Below, piece after piece: positions 12,101 through 21,700 of a stretch of DNA of 64,000 nucleotides. A program made the translations under genes and the position numbers. The notes beneath the pieces were generated by a model. That model was not told the origin of the DNA, did not search any database, and saw only the letters and a program-made list of their open reading frames with translations. The stretch is taken from the NCBI GenBank assembly GCA_002269645.1, contig NIVC01000006.1:682001-746000 (forward strand). Reading direction: 5' to 3'. The stretch comes from Macrostomum lignano. Taxonomy: Eukaryota. Position 1 is the first letter of the stretch. Each line of letters starts with the position of its first letter.

Positions 12101-12210
12101 TTGCGTCCTTTCTGACGAAAGTCGTCAGCGACGTGTCGAACAAGTGCACAGCAAAGCAGATTGTCTGCCACACGAGCACCTTGCAGCGCCATATCATTTT
12201 AGGAAATTAA
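6179..12210 (+). CDS. 1356-aa tandem kinase (pseudokinase + kinase) - pseudo-caspase - ankyrin repeats - poly-Gly - pseudo-caspase protein (paralog R)
   Basis: Exons 6179-6535, 6663-7149, 7237-7586, 7665-8143, 8255-8950, 9461-9893, 10663-10952, 11232-12210 total 4071 nt (1357 codons). Every GT-AG junction keeps frame. Kinase 1: GRGEYA, CVK, HRNICSKT, DFG, YMAPE. Kinase 2: CAVK, HRDLNCSN, DFG, GTLNFMAPE. Caspase A: FVCFVIASG, LKDKPKLFFIQAAQ. Ankyrins: GRTALSCAA, QTPIIVAA, QTPLIWAARCGH. Caspase B: YHMNNPVRGLAIVI, LMSYG, LSGKPKIFMVDAGRD. Confidence 0.9.
9065..9310. repeat. Degenerate AGGTT(AAAGT) simple repeat with an upstream inverted copy, followed by AT-rich ATATTTTAAATGATC repeats (intron 5 of paralog R)
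   Basis: AACCTAC/CCTACTTTAACCTAA units precede AGTAGGTTAGGTTAAAGTAGGTT units. Confidence 0.65.
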
Positions 12211-13372
12211 CCCGAGAACTCGTAATTTTTATGACGCTGATCCTGTAAGGTAAAATGCATAAAGTATATTTACTTTTATAATTTCATCTGGTGACAGTGT
12301 CTCGTTATTTTCATCCAGTTGCTTTTCCTCCAACTATCTAAAAATTGTTTTAATGTGGGGATCCAATATAAACCCAGATGATACTACTTCAAACTAATCA
12401 AACAGACCCGTGTGGCAGTGAGAAAACAAATTTAAGTTAAGCCTAAATCCTAACCGACGACTGATATTATAATTTTCGTATACTGCGCACTTCGATTGCT
12501 TGTTGGGTTTTAACATTAACATTTATTGTTGTTATCTTTTGTTTTTTCGATGCTTTTATGATGACGTCAATGTATACATTTGATTCACCTACATATCCTA
12601 CTTTGTATACTGAATGATTTTTTTGTATGTTTTAAAAAAATTGTTATAGACAAAGCAGTTTAACATAATTAAATCTTTATTAGGAATAATGTATTGAACT
12701 CAAAAAGTTGTGTATTAGATTGCATCTACAAACTACATGTAATTGGAACTTGCAATGCCCCTGAATATACAGCCGCTGGTTTTGTTTGCTAATGAGGGAC
12801 AGAGGCTCCCTCCATCGTGTGAATTTCCCGCCGAAACTATACGGAAAATGTTACAATTTTATACCGCACCCAATTTGTTTGAATGCGCCGCACCCCCACC
12901 CCCTTTTACTAAAAATACAAGAACGTTTTTTCACCCGTGAATTCTAACTTGGCCCTTGCTGGCAGCGCTCATTTTTTTCTCTAATAATACCTAAGTAACT
13001 GACGGATCTTTCCAATATAGTTTTTCGTATTAGCTAGAATCGGAAAAGCAAGTGCAAATTGGCTGGGTGGGAAAACCAAGTCGTGCAGTAGTTTTGCTTC
13101 AGGGCGCCAAATGAGTGCCTGCGGCGCCAATATGAGTGCCTGCGGCGCTAAAATGCTAAATTGAGTGCGGCGCCAAAATGAGGCTAGTGCTAACAGCACC
13201 GCTTTTCAAAATAATGTAGGAATTTAGCCATGTAGACTTCTTGGCTTTGTCCCCCACTATAAAATCCATGGTGACGCCCCTGGCTGTAATTATCTTAAAA
13301 AGTGCTAATTAAAAATCAATCTTATAATATCTTAAAAATCTGGGGACCCCACATACAGGTGGTGAGACATGT

Positions 13373-14025
13373 CAGTGGCGTATACTCGAGAATTTTATTT
13401 GCAGGATTTGCAACATTACAGAGACCAGTATTTGGTCTCTAGGTTAATACCTCGATCGCTTGTTGGGCGCCCCTGTCTCTTGGTGGGTGCCCCTGTCTCT
13501 TGGTGGGCGCCCCTGTCTCTTGGTGGGCGCCCCTGTCTCTTGGTGGGCGCCCCTGTCTCTTGGTGGGCGCCCATATCTCTTGGTGGGCGCCCCTGTCTCT
13601 TGGTGGGCGCCCCTGTCTCTTGGTGGGCGCCCATATCTCTTGGTGGGCGCCCCTGTCTCTTGGTGGGCGCCCCTGTCTCTTGGTGGGCGCCCCTGTCTCT
13701 TGGTGGGCGCCCCTATCTCTTGGTGGGCGCCCCTGTCTCTTGGTGGGCGCCCATATCTCTTGGTGGGTGCCCCTGTCTCTTGGTGGGCGCCCCTGTCTCT
13801 TGGTGGGCGCCCCTGTCTCTTGGTGGGCGCCCCTGTCTCTTGTTGGGCGCCCATATCTCTTGGTGGGCGCCCCTGATCTCTTCTAACAAGAGAAGGTAAT
13901 TAAACACGAGCCCCTCTGTCATTCGTCAAGCTCGCGGTTACCTCTTATTTAGTTTCTTGGGGATTACAATTATTATAAAGGGGCCATTGGGGGGGGCACC
14001 TCCACCCTAGCTGCGTACGCCACTG
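13373..14025. mobile_element. hAT-like MITE (653 bp) with an internal 20-bp minisatellite
   Basis: 10-bp TIR CAGTGGCGTA...TACGCCACTG; perfect 8-bp TSD AGACATGT at 13365-13372 and 14026-14033. Confidence 0.85.
13445..13875. repeat. 20-bp minisatellite TTGGTGGGCGCCCCTGTCTC, about 21 copies
   Basis: Directly visible tandem units inside the MITE. Confidence 0.95.
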
Positions 14026-14396
14026 AGACATGTACAGCAGTAAGTTTTATTCTGCTGTACTTGTAAATATACCGGCATAATGTACTGCACATGTACACTG
14101 CAGTCTTTCACAAGCACTTGGACGATCGATTTAGTCTCATCTGTATTGTGGTCCAAAAGTGCAATGTACCTATACGAACATGTACTCTCAAGGACATCAA
14201 AAGTTTTTGGATTCTAAATTTAAATGTACTAGCTCTTTAATTAGGCTACTAGGGGGCAGAGCAGCCTATAGGCTCTCGCTCCATGACCTCTGGTTTATTG
14301 ATTCCCTGCGCAACCGCATTTGGGGTTGTGAAACGAAAAATTGGCCATGTGTGTTTTGTCGCCATGAGGGCCAACCCCCAATAAAGCACAGGGAGT

Positions 14397-14552
14397 GTAC
14401 ATGCCTGATGATTAGAAAGACAGTCAGGGCCGCTGTACACCTTGTGTGAGCTTTGTGTTAGACGTGACTGTGTACGCTCGTATAATATTAGCTTGCTTGT
14501 ATGTGCATCAGGAGAGTCAGTGGAATGGGAGGAACTGCCTCAGCGCTGGTTG
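14397..14552 (+). repeat. Dispersed repeat family copy 1 (related copies at 34948-35089 + and 44660-44771 -)
   Basis: Shared motifs GTACATGCCTGA..., GTCAGGGCCG.TGTACACC and GAGTCAGTGGAATGGG..GAA.TG.CTCAGCGCTGGTTG. Confidence 0.65.
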
Positions 14553-15757
14553 TGGGGCGATATCGCAAAAGAATTTTCGCCAGATTTTTGCGAGTATTAT
14601 TACATTTTTGTTACATTTTTGTACAAATATTATTGCATCTGAATATTATCGTATTATTTATATTTTAGCGAACGCTGAGCTTTTTGGTTGGACCGTGGAC
14701 CGATTTGCTCAGCTGCCATCGGTTGGGATTTTTTTCCAATTTTAATACGAATGTACATGCAGAGTTTATGCAACACCGCCAGATCCCCAGTGAAAACTCT
14801 GCAGCTTCTGACGAAAACTTAGACGAAAACCCCAGTTTTTGTGTCCTTTTTGTATTACTCTTCTTTAATCCTTCACATTTCGGGACTTGAGTGGATATAG
14901 AATTTCTTCGTTAATTTTCTAACTTTTACTCGCCATAACTCCTCAAACTCCCATCGATGACGGTCTACATATCTTCTCAACGCAACTTGAAATTAACACA
15001 TGAGATATGACAGTTGCTACGTGTAGATGTAAACCCAAATTTCTTACCACATATCTAGTATCGCACCCAGTGGTACTATTAATTTGCTATTAAAAATTCG
15101 AAACACTGCACGTACATACGCAAATAAGCCGCGAATTTTCCCTCCCTCATTTATAAACAGCAACGCTAAAAGTAGCGCCTTTAATTACAAGCCTTTGAGG
15201 GCCAAATTTGTCTTCCGAAACTCACTAGATACTTATAAGCAGAGATTTTAGATTTTTCTTAGCTCTGAGTAACCTACCATACCATCAGAAATATATCTTG
15301 CTAAAACTAAAACGCTACTATTAGTAGTAAGTAGTATAACAATAACATTGGTTGGTGCCCGTGAGTCGTGGGTGGGACATCGGTTAAAAATTACAAGTTA
15401 AACGGTAATTTGAATTTAATGTTGGCAAGCCTGCAGAAAATCTTAAAGCAAATCATAAAAGCAGTAGCATCTGAAATCAGTTATTTACTCCCACGACTAT
15501 CTGTTTTTAAAGTTTGAATACCTCAGCAGTCCGAGATTCTTTATATGCATAGCAAATTTGTTTTAACCGTAAAACAATTTTAAATGCAGTTAATTTTTGA
15601 AGAAAAATATGTACAAATCATCATCATGATTTTTGCAGCAGGTGCACCATTCACGTTAGCATTAAATTGTTGTGTTTATTATTAGAACCAAAAATTGAAA
15701 GCTCAACATAAACATTTTTTAGTTTAAAAAAAAAACAAATCGAAATATTTAAAGGTC

Positions 15758-18700
15758 ATGACTTTAAGCTCTAAAGAGTTGGGTAATTTGATGAGGTAAG
15801 TACTTATGGTTTTGTATCATTATTATAGCTTGTTTTAGTGTATACTTTAGTAATTGCCCTCCATAAGCATTTTTAAAACTATTCTCACCGCCAGTGATGT
15901 CCGTGACATGTGACAGACATCACTGAGGGTGAGAGCATTTTTAAAAATCTGGTATGTGGTCTCCTTAGACCTTTTTCCCCTTATCCAGTTCTTAAATTTT
16001 TCCTTGAACTTTCCTTGAACTTAAGGATTTTAAATGTCTAAATCTTCTTATTTTCAGCCAATTAAGAATCTAATTCCCTTTTATAATTAGTTATATTAAG
16101 ATATTTAATGCCCTGCTAAACAAATTGCTTAATGAATCATTTACAAAGCAATTCAATGTGTTGGGTATTGTTATTGGCTATTGGATCAATTCACTAAAGT
16201 CATATCAATTTGGCCTATGATTAAAAATGTGCAAGCTGTGCCAATCCCCATGCTAGCAAGCTCAACAGGTGCAGTATAAAGTAGCTACTTAGTTAATAGC
16301 CTTTAGACCTATGTTAGATGCATGCAAATTCAGTGACAAACAAATTCGGCAACAGAAATTTAACATAAACAATTTTGGCAAAAGCAAATTTGGTAACAAT
16401 CTAGGCAAATTTAGCAAACATCTCTTTATAGCTAAGACAAGTTAAAGCAAATTACAATTAATAAAGGCTTTTTAAAATGCTTGTAAAAGTTTATAAATGT
16501 AAAATAATTATTGCATAAGGGTGTCAAAATAACTAAAAAGTGTTTTGTTACATAGGACATCTCGCATATTCAAGAATGTGGTATGTATGAGTAATATGTG
16601 TGGGCCACTTGACATTTTTTAAATTTTGTTAGTTTTCTTTGCATAGCATATTTTTGCAAATATTTTTCCCTAATATTATAACCAATAGAAGGACCTTATT
16701 AGGCATAAAAGAAGTTTATTGTTTTGTTTTTTCCAAGTTTTTGCTTATTATTAGAGGTTTTTCTCAAATGATTCAGTCAATCATTATGATTGTTATTAGT
16801 TTTTGAAAAGTCTAAAGCCTTATTAGAAAGACAATGATATTTTACTTTAATAAATATATAGTCCCTTGTGCTCATTTGTCTATAGTTATAACTCCTAATT
16901 GAAATTTTTTATAAATATAAGTTGCTTAAACCCTAGGCCCCATAGTGCGGAAGGATTTCTGTATACGATGGAAGGTAAATTTTCATTTCGGCCTGTTGTA
17001 TGACAGTACGACAGGGATTGGAAAATGGTACTAGTGTTGTACGACAGAGTTAGAGTTTAAGGAAGTGCTGTATGACAAAAATAGTGGCATTTACATGAAA
17101 TTGGCAATAAATAAAAAGTCAACTTTTTGAATATGTGGGTAGGTGCGGGAAATTCTTGATATTGCGTTTTTTTAATATGCAAAGTAAAACAACAGATATA
17201 TTGTACTTTTCTGCTTGCAATGTCAAGTATAGTTTTGCACCAATAAAATTGAATTTAAGAGTTTGTACGAATATAATACTGATAATTTAAATTACCCTTT
17301 GAGTGGAAAAGTGCAACTATTGAATTTTTACTTCTTTGCTTCAACACAATACGTTAACAATGACGTTATGAGTTAGTTACGAGACTACAAGTATCTGGTA
17401 CTGGTGTCCGATTGTCCATCAAAGGAATACTAACTATGTCTATACTTCACGTATGAGTCGTATGACATTGACAAGTGTACGACAGTGTACGACATAGCGC
17501 CCCCCAAAAATTAGCGATGTACAACATGTACGACAGGCGATCCCTGTGTACAACGGAGATTTCTGGCATATACCCGTCCTTCCGCACTATGGCCTAGGCC
17601 TAATTAAAAAAGGCTTGAAAAACCTAAAAGCAAAAAATCAAAGCTTGTTTTTAACAACTCTAAGTTTTATATCTTGGATTAAATTTTGGCTATTGATAAC
17701 TATGGGTATTTCAAATATATTGAATCTAGAAACAATATTTAGGCAGGTTTTTTTACTTTTGAGATCTAAACCTGATCTATATTCTATTATATATGTAGGT
17801 TTCTTGACAAATATTTATCTTAGATGTATATATATATGTCTAGAGACTAGAGAGGCATTTAGCCTAAAAGTATAATTATATATTTTATTAAAAATGTATG
17901 TATATTTATAGCTAATACTTTTAAATAACAATTTTAAGTAAATCTATCATTTTAAAGCTTTAATAATATTAGAAACAATATTTTCTTGCCAATAGCTTTT
18001 ATGTCTAGTTTCTTTTTTATTATAGAACCATGTCTATCTTAGATAGCAATAAAGATAACCAAACCAATTTCACTTGGATTCAAAATTTCATTTCTTAAAG
18101 TTTGCAAAAGGGGGTTGTAGCCTCATACATGCGCAACCTCCAAAATTTGGTCGGCTATGCGACTTAGTTTTAACAAAAATGTGACATAGTTTTTGGCCAA
18201 AAATGCAACTTACATGTAAAAAAAACCCTTAATGCAAAATTAACGCAACTTTGGGTAAACGGCACGAGTAACTATGACTGTCTTATTAAGGCAAAATGCC
18301 TCGTCAGCTACTTAGTACTACACTGGTATTTTTTCGAGTGGGCATTTTTGCAACTTCCTTGGTTGGCTGCCAAATCGGTCGGCCGAATCGGCCGACTCGG
18401 CCAACTGTTGCGCATGTGTGTGTAGCCTAGAGGTCAAAGTGTTAGACTTATGACTAAAAGGTTAGGGGTTAAATTCCTGAATCCTACTGGAACAATTTGT
18501 CCTTGAGCAAGACCATACATGCGCAACAGTCGGCTGAGTCGGCCGATCCGGCTGACTGATTTGGCGGCCATTGGCCAACCAAGGTGAGTTGCAAAAATGC
18601 CCAGCCCAAAAAAAACAGATGTAGTACTAATTATATGATGAGGCATTAAGCCCTTATAAGACACTCATAGTTACTCCTGCCGTCTACCCAAAATTGCGTC

Positions 18701-21700
18701 GCATTTTTGTTAAAACTAAGTCGCACAGCCAACAAAATTTTGGAGGTTGCGCATGTATGAGCAAGACACTTAACTCTGCATTGCTTTAGTTCACCCAGCT
18801 ATAAAATGGGTGCTAGTATTAGCTGGGATAATTGAGGGTGTATGTGGCAACCCCCTAGTCCTTGGACTGAACAGCTATATATGGCCTTCAGATGTGCCAT
18901 GCAATAGCTATGGCTGAGCTGTTGGTTGCACATCTGCTTATTATGGCAGATATAATCAATTATTATTATAATAATTATTATTATTAATTATATTATTGTT
19001 AATATTGCAATATAGAACTTATAAAGGTTGAATTTAGCCAAAATAGTAATTAAAAAATATAGTATCAAAGTAACAATCTTTAAATTTTTCTAAGATTTGT
19101 TAGTTGAATATTCCTAACTACATATTGTGTAATACTAGTGCCAATGTGAAAGGAAAATAAAATTATTTTAAAAAAATTTCTTTCCTCACAAAACTTTTAG
19201 CCTGCTTACTTTGGACCAGTGTGCCAATAATACTTTTGAAAACATTGGTCAGCAAGTGCAGAAGTATTTTACTAAACAAGATGGATTCAAGGTTGGCACT
19301 GCTTTGGTAAGTAGAAGAATGCTTCATATGCCATTTTTAATACTTTAATGGTAGAATTTGTGTTCAATTGTTAAAGGCAGGTGGGTGAAAGGTTGTGAAG
19401 GGAGGTCAGTGAAGGGAGGTGGGTAAAGGGAGGTGGATGAAGGGAGATGGAATGATGGATGAAAGGAGGTGGGTGAAGGGAGGTGGGTGAAGGGAGGTGG
19501 TGGAGGGAGGTAGGTAAGGGAGGTGGTGAAGGGAGGTGGGTGAATGGAGGTGGTGAAGGGAGGTGGGTGAATGGAGGTGGTGAAGGGAGGTGGGGGAAGG
19601 GAGGTGGGTGAACGGAAGTGAGGTTAAAAATGAACACCGACAGTTTTTGCATTCTCATCTCGCATTCTCTTCGCCAGGTGTTGCTCCTGCAGAACCCCGA
19701 TCTGCTGCCTAATCGGATGCAACAGCTGGTGGCTCTCTACCTGCTCTTGGAGTTGACCCGAGTTGACCCGCCCAATGTGAACCCATTTCAACCCGCGTTT
19801 GTTTACGCCATGCGATCGGACGAGAACGATACGAGGCATTTTCGCGTTCCCTGCCTGCCGCTGCAGGAGCGCGTGTTCTTGTACAGCCTGCTGCAGAGCA
19901 CCCACGCCAGCGGCCAGCCTTCTAGGGAACTCTTGAAGAAAACCCCTCAGCAGGTTTGTAAAACTGTTGGTGTCTGTCATCTTGAAATGCATGAGTCAGT
20001 GTTTCATTAATCATTTCGAGGCCATAAATCATATATCTGCAACCAAAAATCATCATTCAGAAACTAAAAATCATCATTCAGAAACCGAAATCATCATTCA
20101 GAAACTAAAAATCATCATTCAGAAGCCATAAATCATCATTCAGAAGCCATAAATCATCATTCAGAAGCCATAAATCATCATTCAGAAGCCATAAATCATC
20201 ATTCAGAAGCCATAAATCATCATTCAGAAACTATAAATCATCATCAAAATCCAAGAATCATCATTCAGAAACCATAAATCATCATTCAGAAACCATAAAT
20301 CATCATTCAGAAACCATAAATCATCATTCAGAAACCATAAATCATCATTCAGAAGCCATAAATCATCATTCAGAAGCCATAAATCATCATTCAGAAGCCA
20401 TAAATCATCATTCAGAAGCCATAAATCATTACTCAGAAACCATAAATCATCATTCAGAAACAAAAAATCATCATTCAGAAACCATAAATCATCATTCAGA
20501 AACCATAAATCATCATTCAGAAACCATAAATCATCATTCAGAAACCATAAATCATCATTCAGAAGCCATAAATCATCATTCAGAAGCCATAAATCATCAT
20601 TCAGAAGCCATAAATCATCATTCAGAAACTATAAATCATCATCAAAATCCAAGAATCATCATTCAGAAACCATAAATCATCATTCAGAAACCATAAATCA
20701 TCATTCAGAAACCATAAATCATCATTCAGAAACCATAAATCATCATTCAGAAACAAAAAATCATCATTCAGAAACCATAAATCATCATTCAGAAACTATA
20801 AATCATCATCAAAATCCAAGAATCATCATTCAGAAACCATAAATCATCATTCAGAAACCATAAATCATCATTCAGAAACCATAAATCATCATTCAGAAAC
20901 AAAAAATCATCATTCAGAAACCATAAATCATTACTCAGAAACCATAAATCATCATTCAAAAACCATAAATCATCATTCAGAAACCATAAATCATCATTCA
21001 GAAACCATAAATCATTACTCAGAAACCATAAATCATCATTCAAAAACCATAAATCATCATTCAGAAACCATAAATCATTACTCAGAAACCATAAACCATC
21101 ATTCAAAAACCATAAATCATCATTCAGAAACCATAAATCATAATTCAGAAACCATAAATCATCATTCAGAAACCATAAATCATTACTCAGAAACCATAAA
21201 TCATCATTCAGAAACCATAAATCATCATTCAGAAACCATAAATCATCATTCAGAAACAAAAAATCATCATTCAGAAACCATAAATCATTACTCAGAAACC
21301 ATAAATCATCATTCAAAAACCATAAATCATCATTCAGAAACCATAAATCATCATTCAGAAACCATAAATCATTACTCAGAAACCATAAATCATCATTCAA
21401 AAACCATAAATCATCATTCAGAAACCATAAATCATTACTCAGAAACCATAAACCATCATTCAAAAACCATAAATCATCATTCAGAAACCATAAATCATTA
21501 CTCAGAAACCATAAATCATCATTCAGAAACCATAAATCATTACTCAGAAACCATAAATCATCATTCAGAAACCATAAATCATCATTCAGAAACCATAAAT
21601 CATCATTCAGAAACCATAAATCATCATTCAGAAACCATAAATCATCATTCAGAAACAAAAAATCATCATTCAGAAACCATAAATCATTACTCAGAAACCA

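Larger units (their letters stand above)
18110..18945 (+). mobile_element. tRNA-derived CORE-like SINE copy interrupted by two MITE insertions
   Basis: After removing the two MITEs the sequence aligns by eye with the intact copy at 33358-33625 (GTCCTTGAGCAAGACACTTAACTCTGCATTGCT..AGTTCACCCAGCT.TAAAATGGG). Confidence 0.8.

Noticed and set aside
12750-13285. Additional hAT MITE(s) ending in GCCCCTG
   Set aside because: Right-end-like motifs at about 12763 and 13282 but no matching left TIR or TSD found.
13369-13922. ORFs of LLVGAPVSWW repeats
   Set aside because: Products of the 20-bp repeat inside a MITE.
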